From: Bigelowiella natans CCMP2755
Lineage: Eukaryota; Protista; Cercozoa
Length of the DNA stretch: 64,000 nucleotides
Reading direction: 5' to 3'
Assembly (NCBI GenBank): GCA_000320545.1
Contig: ADNK01003292.1
Span: forward strand, 1-64,000
Made by a program: the position numbers and the translations under genes. A model generated the notes under the pieces. That model worked only from the letters and a program-made list of their open reading frames with translations, did not search any database and was not told the DNA's origin. Positions 39,552 to 50,949 of this stretch are shown here, in pieces (position 1 is the stretch's first letter; every line of letters starts with the position of its first letter).

Positions 39552-39631
39552 GAGACGGATGTGATGAAGTGCAAGCGATTGAATCTTTTCAACAATGGTC
39601 ATCCCAATGTTGTCATGCAAAGCAGCGAGCT
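39552..39631 (+). repeat. TA-eroded copy of the ~70-bp element
   Basis: gagacggatgTGatgaa...tTGaat...ggtcatccCAatg versus consensus gatgTAatg, ttTAaat, atccTAatg. Confidence 0.8.
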
Positions 39632-40133
39632 ACGATGCACGGCGCTCACGGCATGTCCTTTTTGTCTCTTCTGCCACACGTTTCATGCATTCAAAACTAG
39701 AAAAGCATCTGCATTCAGTCGTCGATGTCGTGCAGTGCGCGCAGCAGTTTTTGCTTCTTTTTCTGCTTCAGTGCAGTGGGCTTGTCTCATCGTTTCGATT
39801 CATGATGGGGTTCAAGACTGATTGCGCGTAGCCTGAGCTATTGGTGTTCGTGTGCTTTGCATTGAAGGAGATGATCCATGTCGCATGGGCTGCGAAGAAG
39901 AGTGGTGCTGCTGTGATGGCAGCGGAGGACAGGACACATCTAGACATGCGTTAAGAGGGATGTAGCTAAAAGTCAAACAAGTGGTTTCTGTTGTTCATCG
40001 TTACTGAAGCCATGATGCTAAAGAATGGCATTTGAGATGTCATCAACGCTCGTCATGTTTCATGCAAGCTAGAACCATGATACTCTCGTGTCTTGTGCTT
40101 TCAAAGTTAACCATACTTTAAAGTGTGCTTCTT

Positions 40134-43100
40134 TCATATCCGAAATGCTTTTAGGTCGTTCTCTTGAGCTGTTGTTGTGATTTGACCTTTGACGTCTTGT
40201 CGCTCCACCATGTATGATGAAGTTCTTCGTAGGGGGAAATTCGAGTTTCTCTGCGCAGCATCGATTGAATCAGACCTATGCAAGGTGAGAATCCCTTGTT
40301 CAGTGCCGTGAACGGTCTCATTGATCCTGATGCTGGATTCCTGCATCGAGCGCCGAGCCAGCTCCGCCAGCTCTATTTCGTCAACTACATCGATGGAGAG
40401 TGCTGGCGTCTTTTTCTTCGAAATCATTCGATATTGCGTGGATTGGGTGGAGGCGTTGGCTTGGTCGGGCGTGTTGTAGACGTTCGGAGTGAAAGGGCCT
40501 TGCCCGTTTGAAGGATCGAAAGACAGCTCTACCCTGTGGAAGGCTCTCTGCGCTTTGTGGACTTCATGAGAGAACTCGCTGTCACTTTCGACCTTCTTCC
40601 CCATCACCTTGACCACCTTCCACCCAACTTTGATTGTCGAACTCGTCGACTCCAAGAGGATCTTGTCCACTGTGAGATTCTTCACGCGAAATCCAAGAAT
40701 TCCCATTTCGAAAGATCGGAGCACTAGCGTCGTGTCTTTGCCGTCACGGGACCCCACGCGACAACCGAGAGCAACGAAGAGCACCCCGATGGCGGGGAAG
40801 TACCACAGCGAAGAGATGATGAAGATGCGGGTTACACGAGACGCAACGTCAGTTAAATACGACAGTAAAGACGCCTCGACCCAACCGTCAGTCTTGTTCC
40901 GAGCAACAAAGGCTAAGATTGCAACGACGAACCAGCAGCCGGAGCAAACTATGAGACAAAAGACGATGCCGAAAATATCACGATAGTAGTAGCTGAGGTT
41001 ATCGAGCTCGGGGTTTGCCTTTATATACTCCTTTATAGTTTCAGATACGGACTTCTTAACTTCTGGCGCGTGCTTCACTTCCGAGCCCAACAGATCAATG
41101 ATACTTTTTTGCTGCATCGTATTTCTTCCTTGTCGAATCGAATTGCGCTTAGCTTTCTTCTTGTCTTGTTTTTTATTATGCGGCTTATGCGCCGCTCCCA
41201 TCTCATTGCCGGTTACCGCCCCAGCAGCTACACCAAGCTTTACTGCTGCCTTTTCTGCACCGTTGCTGGCCTTAACTTCGCCTCCATCCACGAGATTCTC
41301 ATCATTTCCATCATCATCATCGTCGTCATCATCCTCTCCGTCCTCATCCTCTTCAATACCTTCCTCAACCTCTTCCATCAGTTCTTCAGCACCCCCCCCC
41401 TCTCCATCCATCGCCGCCCCGGAGTCATCCATGAGCAACAAAAGACAAGCTAGCACGCAGATACAGTAACCCGCCGACTTGGGAGTCTCTATATGAACCC
41501 TGAAATCGTGTGGGCGAATACGCCGGAAGAACATGCCCAAGACAAAGGGAATAGGGAAGGCAAAGAGGAAGGCGATGATTGCACTCGAATAGACGGACGA
41601 TCCCAGGAGTGGGAGAGTCTGCTTCTGGCCTTCGAGGAGCGAGGCAATGGTGAGGGAGTTGAAGAGGATGGTGAGGAGAATTGTGATACGCTTGAAGCTC
41701 AGCATGTAATCTCCTGGATGCCGCATCCATATCGAAGTCCAAGGGTTCGACTGGCTCAATCCCCAATGCAACGACTCCATCGTGTTTGACATGTCTCTGC
41801 TTCCGTTGACAGAGCGGTACGTTGCGAAGTTGGACTTGCGCCAGAAATCGATGGAATGATAGATCTGAGAACGGCAGTAGCCATGCGGGGCAGGAAGGAG
41901 GAGAGCGGGCGTTACATGTCATGTGGTTAGTTGATGTATCTGTTAGTCAATTGTGTGTGTGTGTGTGTACTTTCGCATGCAGGCTCTCACAACAGTTCGT
42001 TCTTCCACAGATGCAAGCGTAAGACTATAGTCGAAATAAGCTTGATAGTATTTAAGTATTGATTACCGCCATGCTCGTATTCCCACGATATTTGTTGTCG
42101 ATGGAGCACGCATAGAATGAGCCGACGATGTAGCCAAGGACCAGAACAAGGCAGAGAAGCATCACCGGTTGATCGAGTTTGAAAGCATCGGCTTTGATGT
42201 CCTTCGCGCCGAAAGTGTTGATGTTAATCGAGGTCTCATAACTGACATCCGCACTAAACGAGGTCAGATGTGTCGATGCACAGCGGATGTAGCCTTCACT
42301 GCTTGTCTCGTTAAGCGCGTACACACCATTTGTCGACCAATTTCCGATGGTTTTGTTCCAGAAACGGCACTTGGGCACTGCAACGAACCCATCTCTTGAT
42401 GCTACGGGGAGCACGAATATGAACGGCTCAGAGACGCCGTTAATAGATTGCTCGACGCCCCCTTGGGAGACTGTGAGGGTGAGCTGAGCAGTTGTGTTCT
42501 CTTGGCTGAAGCTGGGGAAAAGGGGGCTGGTGGAGGTCGACATCGAGATGTCCGCGTCTCCCGTGAAGTTCAGAGACGGCGAAAGGGACGTCGAAACGCC
42601 GCTTCTTGAACTATTCAACCAAGTGCCTTTGCTAGTGCTTACGCGCTGAGACACCAGCGAGACTGTCGTCGTGGATATTTCCTGCGCTAGCTCTCCCGCA
42701 ACTGCTCCTTGGAGTATTCCATTCCCCATCGCTAGGACCGACGCCTGTACTGACTCCGCAGTGCTAATCCATTGAGAAGCAAGAGGAGGAAGAAAAAGAC
42801 AGGGAGATATAGGTGGGGCGGAGAGAGGGTGTGCATCAGCATAGGATACTCGTCATACTCACAAAAACATTTGAAATATTTATCATCTCCTGTTTCCCCT
42901 TCCTTTCGTTCGTCTTCAAAAGCATGCTGTATGCGTAGCACGGCTCGAAGATTGTTCTTCATCAGCATTGCCTTCCTAAATTACCTGATACGTTCGTCGT
43001 CGGAGGCCTCTGCTGTGCCTGTGGCCTGGCTCATGGCTGTTGATACTCTGGAAATCGTCGTCAGCGCAGCAGTCACACTATCGTCCGAGAAAGATTGGAG

Positions 43101-43748
43101 AGGGCTGGTACTGAGTGACTGCACCATGTTCACGGCCTGCATTCTAGCTGCAGCTTGCATCTCGTTGGGGTTTTGAAAGTCTGTCACCGAGGTTAGCAGC
43201 TTGAGCGGTGTCTTCACTGCCTCCTCCTCGGTGACGAATCCTCCCGTTTGCGTCATGTTTCCGATGGAATATAAAAGATTTGTTACAGTAGAGGCCTGTT
43301 ATACCAAAAGTTAGATATGAGGAGACTAAAACGGTGTACGACACACACACACACACACACACCACCACCACCACCACCACCAACAACAACAACGAGGACG
43401 ACAACAAACAACTCGCCCATGAATGTGTTCGCATGCCCACATGCATTTCAAGCACGCGAGCTTATAACTACTACTACTACAACTACTCCTCCTCCTACCT
43501 TTTGCTCCTCATCGGTTGCCAAACCAGAGTCGCTACGTAAATAGTTTGACGCCCCACTAACAAGCACGGCGAAGGACTGAATGTCACCCTCCTCTACCTT
43601 CGAGTTGATGGAGCTCTCCACCTCGTTGAGTACAATCGCAATTGAGCGTACAATTACATAGAAATCCTCACTCGTCTCCGCGCCGAGGCTATCGAGGATA
43701 CGCGCGCGGATCGTCACCTAATAAAGGCACGCGTGCGTTAAGCATTGG

Positions 43749-43805
<57 letters not shown>

Positions 43806-46048
43806 TGTATGTGTGTATGTGTGTGTGATATTTCCTGTAATTATATTTTCATACGGCGTTTGCATTAAATTATACAGCTGCTACGACAGGAAAGTGCAAC
43901 CCACATTTTCGCCTTGCCGTGGCCCCGCGATGAACGTTTTGATCTCCGGCAGCGTTCTGAGCGAAGAGTACGGAATCAGCTCTTCAGCTTCCCCTTCATC
44001 ATCCGTGAGTGTCTTCTGCACACTGAGGAATTGATAGAGCAAAGGCATGTCGATATCGTTCCAACCCTCGCACGATAGAGTAAATTCGGTGCTAAGACTG
44101 CTTCCTTCAGCTGGTGAGACCCCACAGCTTCCGAGCGAAGGAGGTCTATTGGTTGTGAAGCTAATGTGGCTTTCAGCTCGCGTATTTATTGGGCTAACCA
44201 CCTCCAGCTTAAAGGCGTAGGTAGCGCCTGGTGTGAGAGCAAAGGGCGCGAGGACAAGATTTTGGTCGCTTGAAGAGGAAAGCACGATAGAAGTGCTATC
44301 AAGGTCCAGGTTGTTGCTGCTGCAGCTCCATGCGTAGCTCACCTCGTCGCTGGTAAATAGCTGTACGGATGAAAGAACCCGGATTTTGCTGTCCACATTA
44401 GGCGATACGAGCTTGTTGGTCGAGGCAGCGGAGCCAGTTGCGACTGAAGTCTTGACAATCGGCACCGCAACGGCGGTTGTAATGATACTCTGGCTCGCAG
44501 TGGCGTTTCGAACACCGCTCGAGGAGAGAACAGCGCCCGTGACTTGAAGGGAGAGAGTGTAGTTGCTGCCGGCTGAGAGAAGGCTCGTTGGCAGCATGAG
44601 CTCAGAGTTGTTCGAAGAAGGTACGTAAGAAAGGGAGACTTCTTGCTGTGTTGCAGCTTCCTCTATCTTCCATTGATATGTGAGCGATGCGCCGGAGGGG
44701 TCTGAGGAGCCGGAACCATCGAATTTTACAATGGTGTCGCTACCGTTCACGACGGGGATAATGGCTGCTTCCTGCGCACCGCTGATTTCAGCGGAGACCG
44801 ACTCAAGCACAACCTCCACGATGAACGTGGTGTTTACCTCTCCCACCAACAGCCCGTTTTTAAGCATCCGTGCGCGCATGACAAAGCCATACGTGTCGCC
44901 CATTGCGAGAGTGTCGGGAGCAATTTGGAGGTTTACGGAATTCGACTTTGCTATTGTAACCACGTGGTTTGAGAGAGATGAGATGGTCACACCAGAAGGG
45001 AGGCCTAGCAGGGAAGGCGGTGCTGTTGTTGCCGACGTGATCTGCTCCCAAAGGCATACCGCTACATTGGAATTCGAAGTCGATGACGAGTTGCACGCGG
45101 GGGGGGCAACCTTGGTGAGGATGGAGACAGCTTCAGAGCGGCGAATAGAAAAGGAGCGCCGCCCAGGGATGGAGACCACGGGAACGAGAGCATCGACCTT
45201 GAGTAACGTGGCCGTCGCGTTTGAGGATGACCCAAGCCAGTTAGTCACAGATACAGCGAAGGTATGGAGACCGGCACTCAATAGATCGCCGTTGATAAGG
45301 AACTTTGTGCTGTTTCCGGTGCTGCTACTGCTACTACCGGAAGGTGCTAGGGTTGTAATCTCGACAGTCGTTGAGGAGATGTACGAATACTCGTACGTCA
45401 TGGCACGGCCATTTGCTCCTGTGCTTTCGCTCGCAATAAGCTCCACGACGTCGCACGCACCGACTGTTTGTGGGGCGATCAGTACAGCGTTAGCAACGGG
45501 GGGAGACGAGGGCGGCAATACCTGGTTAAAGACATTGAAGTGAAGCAAGATGGCGAAAATTAAGTGTTGAGGCTTCATTTTACTGCGCGTTCTAAGAGCA
45601 TTGAAGCAGAAAATGCATACGTATGGTTACCGTGAGAGTGGTGGCGACAACAGGTCCAGAGGTGCCCGTGATATCCCGGATCTTATCCGGTAGCAGTCGA
45701 AGATGACCTCCTAGCGAACACGTGAAACCCCGCCCTACACTAATAAGCAACACTGTTGTCTGCGTCCACATGCAAGTTGGCTGAGACCCCAAGAGATTCA
45801 AACTAGCGGCGGCGATAAGCAAAGAGCAGTCTGTGCTTTCTGGTGTGTCGGTGGGCTTCGTAAAAACGATTTCGATGCCTGTGACATCATCCAGGAAACG
45901 GGCATTGAGGGCACTAGGAGGCTCAATCGTAGGGGCGGCAGTGGCTGGTGAAGCTGTTTGAGGCGACAGAGTTGTGCCTAAAATGTAATTGATTGTGGAT
46001 AAGACGGGATGAAGGCAGAGTCTACATGATGTAAATACTCTCTCTTTC

Positions 46049-46105
<57 letters not shown>

Positions 46106-47213
46106 AGCACAAATTTTTTTCGCGTTTCTCACCTGGAACCGTAGGTGCTCCAGAGACTGGCGAGGCTGTAGGCGAGATACTCGAGGGACTTGCCGAGGGT
46201 CCAAATGTAGGTGTTTGCGATGGCGAGGTCGTCGACGGTGTCGATGTGGGCAAGTTCGACGGCGATGCTGAAGGTGTATTCGTTGGTGCCATGGATGGTG
46301 ACGTCGTCAATGGTGAAATTGAAGGTGACCTAGACGGTGACACGGAGGGTGATACTGATGGCGATACAGAAGGCATCACGGATGGTGACGTCGTCGATGG
46401 TGAAATTGAGGGTGGCCTAGACGGTGACACGGAGGGTGATACTGATGGCGATACAGAAGGCATCACGGATGGCGACGCCGTCGATGGTGAAATTGTAGGA
46501 GCCATAGACGGCGGTAGTGACGGTGATGCTGATGGTGATACCGAAGGCATCACGGATGGCGACGCCGTCGATGGTGAAATTGTAGGAGCCATAGACGGCG
46601 GTAGTGACGGTGATGCTGATGGTGATACCGAAGGCATCACGGATGGCGACGTTGTCGATGGTGAAATTGTAGGAGCCATAGACGGCGGAAGTGACGGTGA
46701 TGCTGATGATGATACCAAAGGCATCATGGATGGTGAAATTGTCGATGGTGAAATGGTAGGAGCCATAGAAGGCAGTAGTGACGGTGATGCTGAGGGTGCA
46801 ATGGTAGGGCCAACCGTGGGACTCAGCGTGGGAGTAGACGTAGGATTGGGGTTGTGGGAATGGGGGTTGTGGGAATGGGGGTTGTGGGAATGGGGATTGT
46901 GGGAATGGGGATTGTGGAAATGGGGATTGTGGGAATGGGGATTGTGGGAATGGGGATTGTGGGAATGGGGAGTGTGGGTATGGGGAGTGTGGGTATGGGA
47001 TTTTGATGCAAGTACGCCAGCGAAAGCCCGTTGCTTATGGATAACTTCGCGAGAATCCTCATGCAAATGGGTGGCAGAGTGGAGGTGTTGAGGCGTCGGA
47101 TAGGGTGTGGTGTTAGGTTCAGGAAAGGGGGTTGACGATACACTTTGTAGCAGCGCCAAAGCGATGAGCACGATGCGCTCCATTCTATGCATTCCACACC
47201 ATCTGCCTTTCAT
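40134..47213 (-). CDS. Polycystin-1/REJ-like membrane receptor: signal peptide, (PHSHN)n, Ser/Pro/Thr mucin-like repeats, REJ module, GPS/GAIN, multiple TMs, PDZ-like C-terminal domain; multi-exon
   Basis: REJ motifs (FDGSGSSDP, TNRPPSLGSCGVSPAEG, FTLSCEGWNDIDMPLLYQF). GPS CRFWNKTIGNWSTNG...CASTHLTSFS. Post-GPS NPWTSIWMRHPGDYMLSFKRITIL. PDZ-like MGILGFRVKNLTVDKI...IKVGWKVVKVMGKKV. Confidence 0.85.
46290..46745 (-). repeat. Coding tandem repeat, 87-bp (29-aa) unit x ~5, SPSVMPSVSPSASPSLPPSMAPTISPSTA
   Basis: Near-identical 87-bp units are visible in the DNA. Confidence 0.85.
46846..47000 (-). repeat. Coding tandem repeat, 15-bp unit x ~10, encoding PHSHN/PHTHT
   Basis: (tggggattgtgggaa)n on the + strand. 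Confidence 0.9.
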
Positions 47214-47780
47214 CTGCTTTCGCAACGCAGGGACGAAACGGGAAATGATACTAGATCACAAGAGAAGGAAGGGTCATGCAGAGAGAGTGGAGGGAGTTAT
47301 TGATTATTGTTGACGACGATGAGATGGTGCGTGCAGAGATGGTGACGGGTGTTTCTGGTCAGTTACTGGTTTGCCATCGGAGCAAGCGATGAGGGTTTTA
47401 CCTGCTGCGACAACAACAAAAAACAGATTTACAGCGGATATGGCCGGAGACAAAAACCAAAATTCTGCAAAACCGCAGAAGAGAAAAATGCATCTAGTCT
47501 ACGACGATGGCTGCTGCTAAAAATGCCTAGATCTAGTTCCAGATCTAGTAGTAATCCCATTTAGTCATCACTCCGTTTAGGGAAATCTTCCAAAAACAAT
47601 TCAACTAAAAACTCTCTGAATGCAGAGTGGACCTAGGCATCATCGGGAAAATACCTATGTTTTTCTCCTGCGACATGAGATTTGTGTCGCAGGATTGGAA
47701 TAGCCTGCTTGCAGCTTTCTCAGCCCCAGCATGCCGAAAGACGACACCGCCGGCAGCAGTGTTCGGGGAGAGCTAGAGCA

Positions 47781-49134
47781 ATGGCAAGCGGAGGGGACGA
47801 TGGTGGAAGCAGCCGTGGGAGTGGCAGGCCACAGTTTGTGCTTAGGGGACACAAGGCTGCTGTTAACACCGTTTCGTTCGTATCCGTCAATCAGCAAATG
47901 CATATTCTCTCCGGGTACTCGACAGCGCCGTGTCCTTTCCTTGCAGTGCTGTGTGCGAAATTCTTCTTCGTTCCTTCTTTAAGTATGCTTGGTTTATACT
48001 CGTTTCAGATCCCAAGATGGCATCGTGAAGCTATGGGACCTGACAAGCCGCCGTGCTAGGACTACATTCGCTGCTCACGATGGGAGCGTGCTTCAGGCGA
48101 CACTTCTTAGTGGCTTTCAAATGATAACTCAAGAGAAGGGAGGAACTATTCATCTTTGGGACTGTGCTAGTGAGCTGAAAGGGGCATCTCCATCTCAGAG
48201 ATCAGGGCATATCTCCAGCAGCACTACTCCGCAGAAAATACAAACCTTTGACACCAGATCTTATGGATTTTGCCGGTGCGCGTCCAAAGAACAATCAGGA
48301 AAGCGTATGTTGCTTACAGCTTCGGATTCACGATCTAAGCTGCTGCTATGGGACCTCAAGTCCTCGAAACCAATACAAAAGATATCCCTGACTACGGGGC
48401 GGGAAGACTTTGGCTTGACCACGCACGTTTCTTTCTTAGGAAACGATTCTATGGATACCATCTGCTGGGGCAGTGAAAGCGGGCATATTGGCTTCTACAG
48501 CCTCACTGCTGCTCGCTCTATCGCCAAAGGAACACTTGAGAAGCAACCTGTAATGAGTGTATCGTGCTTACCAAGTAAAACAGGGGCACTGGGTTTTGCA
48601 GGCGGGGCTCTCGGAGAAATCACGGCTTTCTCTGTAGATTTCAATCAGGTTGAGTCTCTCTTCCTATCTTCCTCCCTCCCCCCCCCCCCCCCCCTCTCTT
48701 TTTGCATGGCCCCGTTACTTAACCACCATAGTCGTTTAACGTTATAAGACAAATACACCGCTGTGTAGGGAAAAGTGGAAACGCATCAGAAGGTAAAATA
48801 TGGAGACAAAGGCATTTCTGAGGTGAAGATACGGCACGATTCAAGAATCTTTGCCACAGCTGGTTGGGATCATCGCGTTAGAATTTTCAACTCAAAATCG
48901 ATGGAGCAGCTCGCGATTCTTAAGTACCATTCGCAAAGTGTTTTCTGTGTTGACTTTGGCCCTTCGAGTGAGGGATTCGTTGCAAGCGGATCCAAAGACT
49001 CGACAATTGCGGTTTTCAAAGTCTACCCGAGCAAGAAGAAAAAGAAGACCAACAAGACGAAGAAGCCGCAGCAGGAGGGACAGGGAGCGTTGGAAAGGAA
49101 CCCTGATGATGTTTCAGAGCAAAAGAAGGCCTAG
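47781..49134 (+). CDS. GNB1L: WD40 protein of the GNB1L/ASA1/DSE1 type; exons approx. 47781-47914, 48010-48648, 48769-49134
   Basis: PQFVLRGHKAAVNTVSF, SYGFCR, GISEVKIRHDSRIFATAGWDHRVRIF, LAILKYHSQSVFCVDF, ASGSKDSTIAVFKVY. Confidence 0.85.
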
Positions 49135-49470
49135 ACGACGCCTTCATTATTTATAAATACGTGCTCGGTAGAAATTAGATACAATGAAATATAGTGTGCA
49201 ATGGCTAGCATACCTTCACGAAGACTACCGAAGCTTCACCGGTAATGCGTACTCAATACTTAGAAGAAGAAGTAGGTGCAATATTTATGCCACATTAATG
49301 AGCGAAGAAGATAGAAAAAGGATATATGAAATACTATCAAAAAAGAATGGTCTTCAAATGTGGACTGCTACCATGGGTGAATGTTCGTGCTTTGGCGGCT
49401 GCGCTACCTACATGCGAGACATATTCGCGCACACCATGCCACGTGTGGCCAACAAAGTTCCACAACAAAC

Positions 49471-49510
<40 letters not shown>

Positions 49511-49823
49511 TGTGCATGCATAGCAAATACGCATACAAAGGCTAAATAGCACGCATTATTCGCAGACGACTGTTGGCGGCTTATCGATGTGGAGTGCTTT
49601 ATTGAGCGAAGGGGCGGTGGCATGGTGAAGGCGCGACCATGAGCAGCATGCTATGACGACGCATGGGGACGAGAAATAGCTTACGGGTTACACCACTGCT
49701 TTTGTTGTTTCGGCATGCCAATTCTAAATGTTTGGCGCGCGGCTCTCGATGATAATGATGATGATGATGATGATGATCTCCATAGCAATTACGATGATTA
49801 AATATCGTCCTACACTAACTAAT

Positions 49824-50907
49824 CTAATCCCTCACTACCCTTGGAATTAGCTGAATTTCTGCAGCTACAGGAAAATGATCTAAGGACGAACGATAAGAGA
49901 GAGAGGGTGGGGGGGGGGGTGGGGGGTAAGACTACATGATATTAATTACCAAAAATACTTGTTATTACTTGTGTATGTACTCTTTTATGTAGCCTACCTG
50001 ATGGGTATCTCTCTGTCATGGATGGGAGCGATGATGACGGTGAAGAAGATGATGGTGTTGTTGATAATGGCGCCAGCTGCGAAGGAGAGACTGCTGAAGC
50101 AGCAGGAGACGAAGAAGGAGAAGGAGCTTCTAAGCAAGAGATCATGCGTGTCCTTTCCTTCTCCTCTATACCGTCGTTTAACACATCCGCCAGCGAATCC
50201 GTAATAGCACGGCAGGTGATAATCCTGACATCAAGCACTTTGCTGCTGTCGCTGTTACTATCACCGCGGTACAGGAGCCAGTCTATATGTTGCGAATCCT
50301 CGCCCCCCCCCTCGTAGCTTGCAGCACCCCCGCCCTCCTCCCAAAGTACGGCTGAATCTGGAGATCCGGGTGATGGTGAAGGAGTAGTAGTAGTAGTAGT
50401 AGCAGCAGCAGCAGTGCGTTTTACCTTGCTGTTTTGACCTAGTTCTACCGACCCGTCGCCTTTGTTACCAAAGCAGCAGTTGATGGAGGGAGAGGGAGGA
50501 GAGCAGTAACACGTGTGAATTCGGTGTCACTTCTCCCTCTCTCTGCTTTATGTGAGTGTGGTTTTAAGGGGGGAGGGGGGGGGGGAGGGGGGGGAGGTGT
50601 AACACCATACATCGGTTTTTCTGCTGATAGTATTGTAAATCTCTGGGGCTAACATGTGGTGTGCTGTTTTCTGCATCTTTGCCTGACCCTTCTCTCCGGC
50701 GAAATTGACGCCCAGGAACTTGTGGATCGTGCTTCGAGGAGCTTGACCAGGCTTGTTCCTAGAGGGGATAAAGCCCCGCAGTGATGATAGTGGAAAAGGC
50801 GATAAGCGGAAGGGGTTACCTCCTTTCATTTTGTATCTTATTTGACATGATTATGGATTGATTGCTCACGTTTGTCCACCATGTAGAGTATGCAAAATAT
50901 AGATATC

Positions 50908-50949
<42 letters not shown>

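Larger units (their letters stand above)
35821..39830. other. Near-completely TpA-free domain (A:T->G:C hypermutated)
   Basis: Manual scan: 6 TA in 35821-38360, all in CTAG. About 9 TA in 38950-39840, 8 of them in CTA or TAG contexts. Confidence 0.92.

Noticed and set aside
35821-39830. Classical RIP or CpG decay as the cause of the compositional anomaly
   Set aside because: RIP would enrich TA and add stop codons. Here TA is nearly absent, CpG is plentiful, and domain and element consensuses show TA as ancestral.
44680-47091. Long + strand ORFs 44680-45543 and 46246-47091 (DG-rich, GLWEW repeats)
   Set aside because: Antisense shadows of the REJ domain and Ser/Pro/His repeats encoded on the - strand.
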